DNA of 64,000 nt from Balanoglossus misakiensis (taxonomy: Eukaryota; Animalia; Hemichordata): NCBI GenBank assembly GCA_040954595.2, contig CM082593.2, positions 9,557,200 to 9,621,199 on the forward strand, read 5' to 3'. The position numbers and the translations under genes were made by a program. This document shows, piece after piece, positions 49,366-59,556 of the stretch. Below the pieces are notes generated by a model. The model searched no databases. It had not been told where the DNA came from and saw only the letters and a program-made list of their open reading frames with translations. How positions within the stretch are numbered: the stretch's first letter is position 1; each line of letters starts with the position of its first letter.

Positions 49366-50911
49366 GCAGACTCACCCCTCATCAACTGCAAAACTTGCAT
49401 ATCACTTCAACGCGGAAGTGTGGCAGCAAGTTCTCAATAAACACCCAGATAAACAATATGCTGAAAAAATCCTGACGTGGATTCAACACAGGGTGCTTAT
49501 TGGTTTCAAGGGCCAAATGCTGCAAACCCCCCTGCTGTCAGCTAATTGGAAGAGCGCACTTGACGTTAAGGACAAAGTTACGCATAAACTTTTAGAGGAA
49601 GTCAAGAAAGGATACAAAGCAGGACCATTTATTACTCCACCATTCCAATCATTTATTAGTTCACCACAAGGAGCGCGACCAAAGAAGAATACAAATAAAT
49701 ATCGGATAATTCATGACCTTTCCTGGCCTCCAGGGCACTCTGTGAACGATCACATATCGAAGGACGAATATAGTTGTCAGTACATATCGATCGATGCGGC
49801 TATCGAGCACATAAAACGTTTAGGTAAGGGGTCCCTTATCGCAAAGGTTGACCTCGAAGATGCATTCTACCAAATACCTGTCACACCGGATGACTGGAAT
49901 CTACTCGTCTGTTCCTGGGACCTTGAAATCGACGGCGAACTCCAAACATGCTATTTCTATAGCAAAGTGTTGCCATTCGGTCTCAGGAGCAGCCCAGCGA
50001 TTTTCAATGAGTTTGCTGACGGTCTTCAGTTTACCATGCAAGCTGCACACAACATTGATCTAGTGGAACATTACCTTGATGATTACTTCACAGCTGGCCG
50101 CGCAGGCACAAATCAGTGCAGTAGAAACCTTCAGGGAATGTTACTCGCTTGCGATGAACTTGGGTTTCCTGTAAACCCTACAAAAGTCACCACCCCCTCC
50201 ACAACCATGGAGTTTCTTGGCATAACACTATACACAATCCGCATGGAGGCACGAGTGTCTCAGGACTGCATTGATGACACTCTGACGAAACTTCTTGCCT
50301 GGATGACAATGAAACGGGCAACAAAGCGACAAATCTTGTCACTTATTGGTAAACTTACCTTCATCACCCGGGTATGTCGACCCGGTCGTACCTTTCTCAG
50401 ACGACTAATAGACACTTCATCAGGACTGAAACGCCTACACTATAAAGTAAAACTGAACCGCAATTTCAAACTGGACCTTCAATGGTGGATTGACTACTTA
50501 CCTACATGGAATGGTGTCAGTATGTTCTACGACAGTTACTGGACAAATAATGTTGACCTACATCTTTACACTGATGCTTCAGACATTGGCTATGGTGGAG
50601 TGTTCGGTGTGCAAAAAATCCAAGGAAAGTTCGTCAATGAGATTCCTGCCTACACCCCTCAAATCTATTCTATTAACTGGAGGGAACTTTACGCTATCGA
50701 GCGTGCTGCAGACACGTGGGGAGCCCACTTCAAAGGACGAAAAATCCTTTTCCACTGTGATAATTCTTCTGTTGTTGCAATGATCCGCAGTGGTTCATCT
50801 CGCAGTGAAAAGTGTGCATCCCTTCTGCGAAAACTGTTTCCTCATTTGTGCCAGAGACAATTTCCTGATGAATGCTATACATATTGCAGGCAGCAAAAAC
50901 ACTATTGCTGA
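49235..50911 (+). CDS. Ngaro 2 RT-RNase H (frameshift near the C-terminus)
   Basis: YRIIHDLS, KVDLEDAF, LPFGLRSSP, YLDDY, YTDAS, CDN. The final ADALSR motif lies in another frame. Confidence 0.9.
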   Translation: MRNYPHRRRTQRRKQKRMRFACSTKQVNVDSQSVSASTSANDVEQTHPSSTAKLAYHFNAEVWQQVLNKHPDKQYAEKILTWIQHRVLIGFKGQMLQTPLLSANWKSALDVKDKVTHKLLEEVKKGYKAGPFITPPFQSFISSPQGARPKKNTNKYRIIHDLSWPPGHSVNDHISKDEYSCQYISIDAAIEHIKRLGKGSLIAKVDLEDAFYQIPVTPDDWNLLVCSWDLEIDGELQTCYFYSKVLPFGLRSSPAIFNEFADGLQFTMQAAHNIDLVEHYLDDYFTAGRAGTNQCSRNLQGMLLACDELGFPVNPTKVTTPSTTMEFLGITLYTIRMEARVSQDCIDDTLTKLLAWMTMKRATKRQILSLIGKLTFITRVCRPGRTFLRRLIDTSSGLKRLHYKVKLNRNFKLDLQWWIDYLPTWNGVSMFYDSYWTNNVDLHLYTDASDIGYGGVFGVQKIQGKFVNEIPAYTPQIYSINWRELYAIERAADTWGAHFKGRKILFHCDNSSVVAMIRSGSSRSEKCASLLRKLFPHLCQRQFPDECYTYCRQQKHYC

Positions 50912-51122
50912 TGCTCTATCTCGGTACAAGTAACACTGATTTGCTTCCTTCACAGGGAATGGTACTTCCCATGACCACTGGTGGCTACAAGCATGCAAAC
51001 TCGTCGGCAGTGCTTATTCAGCCAACACAGATCGTACATATGGCTCAGGTCAAAAAACTTACCTTCAGTTTTGTGATACAGTAGATGCATTACCATTCCC
51101 AGCATCAGAGAATGTTCTACTT

Positions 51123-51938
51123 ATGTTTATTGCATACCTTCAAGAGGAAAGGAAACTAAAGTACAGTTCCATTGTGACATACCTCTATTCAGTTCGGTCA
51201 ATGGAAATCCAGGAAGGCTTACCTGATCCATTGCAGAACCGTCCACGCATTAACCTTGCACTACGTTCAGTCAAAAGATCACAAGGACCAGAATCAACAC
51301 AAAAACTGGCAATTACATTTGATTTACTGCAGAGGCTAGGGCCTCTATTTGACATTTCATGCACAAAAGACTTAGTAGTGATGACTGCAATGACCACAGC
51401 TTTCTTTGGCGTTTTCAGGCCTGGCGAACTTGTAATTAAGGATTTACCAATTATTCCAGCCACTGACTTAACTGTAAGTGACATTACTTTTTCTAAACTG
51501 TCAGGGGCTAATGTAATCGCAGTTGTTCACCTTAAAAAGTCTAAGTGTGACCCATTTCGTAAAGGGGTCGATGTCATCATTGGCTGCTCACATAACGCCA
51601 TTTGTGCGGTGGATTTATTGTCACGCTTACACTCACTGCGTATCCAAGCTGGGGCATCACCCAATGACCCTTTCTTTTTACTACCTGGTAATGTACCTCT
51701 TACTAGGCAGATCTTTATTAGACACCTCAAGCATTCAATTGGCCAGATAGGACTGGACCCTAATGCATACAGCGGTCATAGCTTTCGCAGTGGGGGTGCA
51801 ACATCAGCAGCAGCAGCCGGTGTATCCGACTGGGAGATCAAAGTCATGGGCCGCTGGTCCAGCGACTGTTACAAGCGCTATATTCGCACTCCACGACAAG
51901 TGTTATCAACGTTTGCTGAACGTATGATCTTTACATGA
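51123..51938 (+). CDS. Ngaro 2 tyrosine recombinase (N-terminus probably frameshifted)
   Basis: FRPGEL, KSKCD, GHSFRSGGAT, GRWSSDCYKRY. Confidence 0.92.
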   Translation: MFIAYLQEERKLKYSSIVTYLYSVRSMEIQEGLPDPLQNRPRINLALRSVKRSQGPESTQKLAITFDLLQRLGPLFDISCTKDLVVMTAMTTAFFGVFRPGELVIKDLPIIPATDLTVSDITFSKLSGANVIAVVHLKKSKCDPFRKGVDVIIGCSHNAICAVDLLSRLHSLRIQAGASPNDPFFLLPGNVPLTRQIFIRHLKHSIGQIGLDPNAYSGHSFRSGGATSAAAAGVSDWEIKVMGRWSSDCYKRYIRTPRQVLSTFAERMIFT

Positions 51939-53486
51939 TTGGTCTTAATCACTCAGATTGACATGCCTGATTGAGTAATTGTTTGTAGCTTGTCCACAGT
52001 TCTTTTTTCACTGTTACTGTTATTATTATTGTTTATATTAGACGGCACATACACATGCATGATGTTGGAGTTTGGGCAGCCTTGTACTCAAATGTACAAT
52101 TTCTTCTTCTTCAGTTCATTAAAAATGGTTGCCCATTGCGCCCATTCATCTAGTGTGTGTATGTGTGCTCATTTAATTAGAGGAATTGCACTAATGCATC
52201 TTTAGAATTTATTTTTAAGTGTTTTAGTTGCTGCTCGGTATAGACAGCGCCCTCGTTGGTACCAGCCCTACTCCTTACGTTTTTGTATTACTGCGCATGC
52301 GCAATTGATACGGCTGTACTGCCACGCTCATCAAAGGACTAGTTACTTAGTCTTGCAAGAGACCAAAATTTCATCACCCACCCTCCCACTGCCTTATTTA
52401 GGCATATATATTAACCAGTCATGTGTTTCTCTACTCTTCAATCACTTTGTGACCTTAGGGCAGCCTTGTACTCAAATGTACAATTTCTTCTTCTTCAGTT
52501 CATTAAAAATGGTTGCCCATTGCGCCCATTCATCTAGTGTGTGTATGTGTGCTCATTTAATGAGAGGAATTGCGCTAAAGGAAAATAAGAACGTAATGTA
52601 AAATGTTCTGTTGCTGTATGAATGGTTTGCACATGTGGGGAAATGGGGGCGTGCCTGGGGGAGGTGTACTGTAGTCTAATGACAGTCCCTTCTGTCTCAA
52701 CTAGGCGGGGGTTTCTAACCCTATGCCCGGCTCCCCCCCCCCCAAAAAAAAAAAAAAATTGATTGTCGTTTTGATGTGCGATAGATATTGAATTGAGGGT
52801 TTTTTGACCTTTTCAACTCTGTGTGGTATTTGTGGATGTGCGTGATGAGTATTGGAGAGGGGTTTGTTTTTGGGGTACAGTCGAGAGACCAAGAGAGGAG
52901 GCAAGGGACCCTCGACCACTCCACAACTAAATCAAACTAAACAACACTACGCAGTGTAGATGGGGAACTAGCTACACTAGGTAGTGATTGGTTTACTATA
53001 TATGAATATGCATGAGGTCTGGTTTATAAGGTTCTACCCAGATGTAGTGCCCATGCCTTCTCACGGCGGAGCATGACAGAGAGCACCCACCCACCCACCC
53101 TAAAATCGCCGACGCCTTAGGCAAGTGTTTATGTACAAGGCAGCAGTTTTAAGGATGACGAGCGAGGTACCACAAATGGCCATCGGTCACTCCTTAAGGT
53201 ACAGCAAGGGACGCTCGACCACTCCACAACTAAATCAAACTAAAGAACACTACGCAGTGTAGATATGGAACTGTGTACTTTTATGAATAGTCAATTAGCA
53301 TCAATTTATTTGTGGTAGTAAAACATAATGGCTTGCAGCTCCCACAACAAATACCATTACAAGTAAGATGATGCGCCAATGAACTGATTATTGATCCTCA
53401 GTTTCTGTGTGCCACCGATGATGTCACTATTAATTCTGTGCTAGTTTGCACTCAGACTTCTTTTTCAAGGCTGATATTTCATTTTT

Positions 53487-55545
53487 AGGGGACCAAGCGC
53501 CCTCAGGCGCTTGGTCCCCTTCTGTTACTGCTGGAGTTTTTCTTCTTTCTTCTTGAGTCGTTTTTTGCTCCCGTTTTGCTCAAAAATCCCTGGTTCTACG
53601 CCTATGAACCTTGGCATGGTGGTTGGGGCCCATGAGTACTAGTGCACCTGCCCTTTGAATTTGTAATTAGTCACGTGACTTGGTGGCTATAATCGAGTGA
53701 AATTTTCAAATTAACCTAATTTGCACGTTAATGGGGGCATGTACATTCTTTTCGCGATTTTCGTAGACCATGTGGCCAAAATCCCCTGTGCCAAATTTAA
53801 AGGTCCTAGGCCACGTCGATTTTGAGAAGAAGATTTGTGTAATATTTTTCGCATTTTTTGGTGGGCTGAGAACAAACACTGGGGCATCGGACTTTGACCG
53901 TCATTACATAATGTTGTGGAGATCTCATTAGCAGGAGGGTTGCAGTAGTCCTTGGAAAATCGGCTGAAATACGTAAACAGACCAGTGATTATTTTCCACG
54001 GAATGAATTTTGGGACAACACATTATCGGAGTTCAGGCGATTTATTGAATTACGCTGAGTTTGTTAGCTGTTGCCGTTTAAATGTGTCTCTGTAGCCCCG
54101 GCTACACTGGTTAACATTCAATGTAATGCGACAGCGGACTTTGACCCTCAGTCGCTAATGTTGTGGGCGGTTTCATTGGCATTTAGGTAGTCACATGTAG
54201 TGGATAGTAGTTCAGGAAATCGGCTGAAATACATCAGCAGACCAGTGATTTTCTTGCACAAAGGGAGTATGGTACCAGCAATAATCAGAGATCAGGCTTC
54301 GTTGCCGTTCAAATGTTCCTACTTCAGTCGTGACGTTGCAACTGAACGTTCAGTATGGGGTTCGGCCCGCAGGTGGCCGTGGGGGTTATCAGGCCGCCCG
54401 TAATTGGACGCAGCTTCATGCAGCTCTATGGGACCAAAATAATACGCCCGATTCGGGGGTCACCTGTGACACCTGCGTAACTCTATTATGTGCATGCATA
54501 ATTGTGGGGTCAATGAAAGGGATGCTAGCATGGTATTTGTTGCACATGGATCAATATGAAGTCCGATTTTCCTGTCAAGTTGTGGGCGACCTTATGTGAC
54601 ATTTCACCTACTTGTGCTTAGTGAATAACAGCAGATGCATGCAGCTTTCGCGTGGTGGTGGTGGGGGGGGGGTATACGGATGGGACCATAATGATATACC
54701 AAAGGCGGGGTCACCCGTTGCACCTGCAAAAGTCATTGATTTTGTACATTTAATTGGACACTAACCAACAGGGCGATATGTGTGGTTTTTGTTCCACAGG
54801 GACAAATGTAAGTGTCAGTTGGTTTTTGCCCAAATGTATAAGGTGATTTGGATGACCTCTGTCGTACAGTGCCATATCTCAGCACGTTGTACATGTGCAG
54901 CTTTGGTATTTGGAGGGATGAAACTATCATGAAATGCCAAATACATGGGGATACCTGTGACACCTGCTTGATTCATATATTCCGTGCATACCTAATGGTA
55001 GGCAAAGTGAAAGGGCTGCAAATGTAGGATTTGTTGCACATGACATAAACAGGAATGAAAATAGTTTGTCAAATAATTGGTTGACCTCAGGTGTCCATTG
55101 ACCTGCTTTCCATATGTTAGCATGCAAATCATATATAGCCAGGTGTTTGGAGGGGTAGGGTAGGACCTCTGCGTCATGAAATGCTAAATTCCTGGGGCCA
55201 CCTGTAACTTACTTGCGTAACTCATTTTATGGTCATATCTAATTAGACCAACCCAAAGGGCGAGGATTTTCCATTGTCTTGAATATGAACCAAATAAGAA
55301 TCAAAATTTTTGGCCCAATTTTTGGGTACCCTCAGCTGACCTTTGAAGTACTTACAACGTAGAAGTTCACCTTTGGTTGTTGTTTTTGTACTTGTACGAC
55401 GTGCATTTCAGGTGGTTGCCTACTTCCCCATATCTCAACATCGAGAGCAAATACAGCCTACGCATTTGAATGGTACAACCCTGAATGGAGTCTAATGGTT
55501 ATTAACTCTATGCTTGGGCCCCTTCAATGTTGCTTGCAGCTTTAA
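53487..55545 (+). mobile_element. Helentron-associated non-autonomous element (HINE-like)
   Basis: Starts after a T run with the 15-bp-arm hairpin AGGGGACCAAGCGCC-CTCA-GGCGCTTGGTCCCCT. 3' subTIR GCTTGGGCCCC at 55512-55522, then the short stem-loop GTTGC-TT-GCAGC and TT. Internal imperfect repeats about 247 bp apart (53888 and 54135). Confidence 0.72.
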
Positions 55546-58314
55546 TTTGTATTATCTTTTATGTGTATGTTTAGAAAAACAAAAAAGAACAGTTCTTCTA
55601 CTGAACGCAGTCGCCTACTGCTTGTTGATATGTGTACTGGCCCTGCAGTGCAACAACGGCATATGCTGCTGAAGAGGCAGATGTTTGACCAAATGTACCA
55701 GTGCAGTACTGAGATTGTAGAGCTGTTCGAATACGAATTCAAAGTTTTGATTCCAATTGTTACATACACCCCCTAGACCAGTATCCGATCACTTTTATTA
55801 AAAATGATACTAACACTTCATTGGCAACTCGAACACTACAACAACGCCATGTTTTATATCACTGGAGGACTTACAATAGAAACAACCACAAATCCGGGTC
55901 AAGTTGGCAAAGGTCAAGGTAAACGAGAGTCCCAGACAAGTGGTGGCGCTAGACCCGTATGCGGTCACTTGGACCAGTTCTCCTGTCACTTTGCATCAGT
56001 TGCACAAACACAGTTAGAATGCATATTCTCGTAAAGTATTTGGATCCTTATAAGTAGAAATACTTTTTTTTCGTGAAGGAAATAAGTTTTTAAAGGGAAG
56101 AGAGAAATTTCATGGGCCCAGGACAGGCAAGAAATGATAACAATTAACTTTGTTAATCACTTAAAGAGCATATCTTGGCTCGAAACACACCTTTGAGGAT
56201 AAGTAATAATTGGGCTTGTGTGTTAAATGCTGGTGTTCTTTTATTTATTTCATATGGACAAATAAATGTTAAATTTAAACATGTTCAGGGCCTGAGAAAA
56301 AAAACTTCTGTTTGGGCCACGCCCATACCCGTGACGTCACAAGAGGAACCCATTTACGTTTGCAACAGACTTAGCACTGTACATTGCAGTGGTTGAAATG
56401 CAATCATACATGTCTGTGATCTAAATAGCTTTGCTGTGTCAGCCTGGGTACAACTCTGTATCCCCCGCCCCCTTCAAAATAAACGTACATGTATACCTAT
56501 CATCTAGGGGAGATGCGATTATGAAAAAAAACTACTCGGCCCGGCTAGGCTACGGCTACGCATTGCAAGCAGTACACAACATGCAATGGCAGCGGATGTG
56601 TATAGGCGCCCAACACATACAATGATTGCTGCCTCGATTAAACCGTGGAATGTTGCCCAGAGGTTTAGGTCTAGAGTGCTAGGTCTAAATCTACTTATCT
56701 TGGACAATGTCAACTTATTGATAACTGATCATGGTCTTTTGGCGATTTTCGATCACTGCCTCAACAGAATAAATACGCGCGTGTTATTACAAGGGAACTC
56801 TATCAGCGCCGATGCAAAGCGTGTACACGCAGTCAGCAGCGATGACACATATCGCGCCGCGATGTATATGTACCATGCCAGCACTAAAATTATGTCTTCT
56901 GAATTACATGTAAGCTATATGCCTTTTTGGTGATGACAAACAGAAACATTTATGACTTGTCGCTGTAATCATGAAAGTTCCTTCACATGCTTCATACTGC
57001 ATTATAACAAAATGAAACCATACAACCAACAGCAACAGGCGATCATGCCGGGCCGACCCACTCACGCTCACACAGCATGAAACATTTTCATTGATACACA
57101 CGAATATCCAAGTTTGGAAACGGTTTTCACTCACACGCGGCAAAATTTATTCAACACATTTTGTTTCAAAATTTGTACAGTGTGTTTTGGAGCCGATGAG
57201 TCGGACATAGTGCGACGTAAAACTTGTAAACAAAGAAATTAGAAAAGAAAGATGGCGACCATACAGCCGAAGCCATACAAAGGTACGACTGAAAAAAATG
57301 TGAAATAGTAACAGTAATATTTTGAACGTTCAAGTTTTTACATTGATTGCTGTCAACAGTAGTATACTAGGTCTATATAAGACACATTAATATTCATGAG
57401 GCTCATTAATATTCATGAGTGTCATTATATATTCATAAAATTTAATTTATTCATATTTAATTTTTCTTCATCAATATTCATGAGTAGGGTGAAATAGGAC
57501 ACATTAATAATTCATGAGGATAAACGTATTGATATGAGTTATCATATAAAGTATGAATGTATAATGAAGTAGTAATGAAACTATGAAAATGACATAACTA
57601 TGTAAGAGTATGTATATTGAGTTATAGTATATGGTTTAATACGTATGTAAACGAGGGAAAATGATAATGAGGTTTTAATACGCGAGAAAATTTAATATGT
57701 TTTATACGTATAGCAGGGGGGAAATAGGACAAACCGGTTCTCGTGTCTTCTCTCTCTTTTCTTTTGTTATTGAAAACCTCACGTTGCAGGGCGATGTGAG
57801 ACACCTTTTGTGATACGTCTTTGGTGTCTTGTCTTGCGTCGCGATAATCGGATTTAGATTGCGCTATTCACTGCCTCTTCAATTGGTGCGCGTGGACTGC
57901 GGTTATGGTAATTTGATTCCATTCTCTCCCTAAGTAGGGTGTTTTAGGACACGTATTGTTTTACCGTGGGTAGTGTACAGCTGGGGCGAACGGATGCGTG
58001 GGAATTTCAACTACACGTTTGTATTAGTTAATTAACTTGTTGACTTATTTACACTACAAAAACTTAATCCTATTAACCTCAGACCACTTCATTCAATGGT
58101 GTATTTATTTGTCATACGTACTAATGTTAATTAACTTGTTGACTTGCTTACAATAAAAAAAAACCTAATCCAATTAATACGAGACCACTATTCAAATAAA
58201 CAATAAAAACACTGTTTTGTCGGGTAACAAAAATACATATGTTAATTTTGGAGTAAATACAATTCGTTCGAAACCAGTCCGGTAATTTCTTGTTGAGTAA
58301 ACACCGCTGTTAAT

Positions 58315-58647
58315 ATGAAAGGTAACGTCATGTCTTCACTTGTCGTTGACGAAATACACGCAGGTGACTGGGATGATTATTTGGAACGGATGTTTATTAG
58401 AAGCTGTGTCTGGTGGGTGGTTAAGAGATATGGGTATGTTAATGAGAGACGCTTCATCATTCAACTACGTTGCATTAATGGTGACGAGGTTAAGTCACGT
58501 GTTTGGTGGCTTGCTTCGGTAAAGCGTCCATCCAATTTTGAATTGTTCAATTTGCGAGACAAATACATGTACTATTGTGACTACACAAAGATTCACAGAG
58601 TGGACGAATCAGCCTTTGTAGCAGAAATCATTAGACGCTTTGCGTAA
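58315..58647 (+). CDS. Small hypothetical protein in the Polinton-like fragment
   Basis: 110-aa ATG-initiated ORF, co-oriented with its neighbours. No recognised motif. Confidence 0.35.
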   Translation: MKGNVMSSLVVDEIHAGDWDDYLERMFIRSCVWWVVKRYGYVNERRFIIQLRCINGDEVKSRVWWLASVKRPSNFELFNLRDKYMYYCDYTKIHRVDESAFVAEIIRRFA

Positions 58648-58968
58648 CAACTGTACAATTTCTATAAATTGGTGTCTTCGTCGCGTTTTAAGTATAACCT
58701 TCATTCAACGCACCCGTGCGAGAAGCGATACATAGCAGAACGATGGCAGAAGCTCCAAAATTCTCATCTGTCGCAACTCAAACATCCGATGAGGAGTTTA
58801 ATGAGAATGTGGTGCAGAGCGATCCATTATGGTTGGAAGAGGAAACTTTAACGGAAGATGAAGAAATGGAATTAGCCAGACTAGCACGTAGAGCGGAAAA
58901 AATATCTCGAGCTGGAGAAGAAATTACAAACGAAACTTTTCTGTGCCCTGCGTACTAATATATCAGTT

Positions 58969-59259
58969 ATGGCGAGGGAGGACTGTGAAGGGTGTGAACT
59001 TGACGACCCATCGCAATTTCATCATGACTGTATGATGACTCCTATCGGAACAATGGCGGACAAGTACTTTGATGATGCAATGGAGAGAGTGGATCTTTCG
59101 ACACTAATGTCCGAGATGATGGTTGAAACCGGATTAGACAATGGACAATTACTGGATGTATTGATGCATTCGTGCTACTCGCTATTTGGGAGTGCGGAGG
59201 AAGACAAAAAGGAACAAGAAAAGTTTTTAGAGAAGTTCGTTAAACATTTCGAAGAATAG
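58969..59259 (+). CDS. Small Cys/His protein (CEGC..DPSQFHHDC), Polinton accessory-type
   Basis: The CxGC-x4-PSQ-x2-H-x-C pattern is recalled from Polinton-associated small ORFs. Acidic composition. Confidence 0.55.
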   Translation: MAREDCEGCELDDPSQFHHDCMMTPIGTMADKYFDDAMERVDLSTLMSEMMVETGLDNGQLLDVLMHSCYSLFGSAEEDKKEQEKFLEKFVKHFEE

Positions 59260-59556
59260 AAAGAGATTGGAACAATATCTCATCATATTTTTTTCTTCTT
59301 CCCTCTTTTGTTTTGTTTTCATCTTTTCTTTGATAATGAAAAAGTAGTTACTGGATAAGAATACAAGATTTGGTGAGTTTTTTTGTAATGTAAACCATGT
59401 TTTCTACCCTTTTCATAGTCAATGCGGTATCATTATTCTGCGTGAGTGTGATTTTGTATAGCTTTCTTTAGTTTTGTTTCTGATTTTTTTTAATGCTTAT
59501 TTAGTTTCTTCAAATGTACAGCAACAACAACAACAACAAAAGATCAATAAGATTAC

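Larger units (their letters stand above)
48123..52578 (+). mobile_element. Ngaro-type YR retrotransposon 2
   Basis: A1 48123-48300 matches A2 52192-52369. B1 52074-52194 matches B2 52458-52578. TAA is shared at both ends and the junction. Gag, RT/RNase H and YR are present. Confidence 0.93.
44660..53272 (+). mobile_element. Non-autonomous gag-only split-direct-repeat (DIRS/Ngaro/PAT-like) element hosting two insertions
   Basis: A1 44660-44779 matches A2 52966-53085. B1 52901-52969 matches B2 53204-53272. AACT is shared by both ends and the B1/A2 junction. No RT or YR outside the nested elements. Confidence 0.85.

Noticed and set aside
28790-51938. Phage integrase or bacterial contamination
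   Set aside because: Both recombinases follow gag and RT-RNase H inside split direct repeats, the standard layout of YR retrotransposons.
44453-53290. Old MITE as the target of the gag-only element (weak inverted match GCCTGTTTTAAAATGTAC / GTACTTTTATGAATAGTC)
   Set aside because: The match is too degenerate and no TSD was found.
55546-57357. Host gene or defined element in this stretch
   Set aside because: Only short ORFs without motifs, and I could not pair any termini or TSD.
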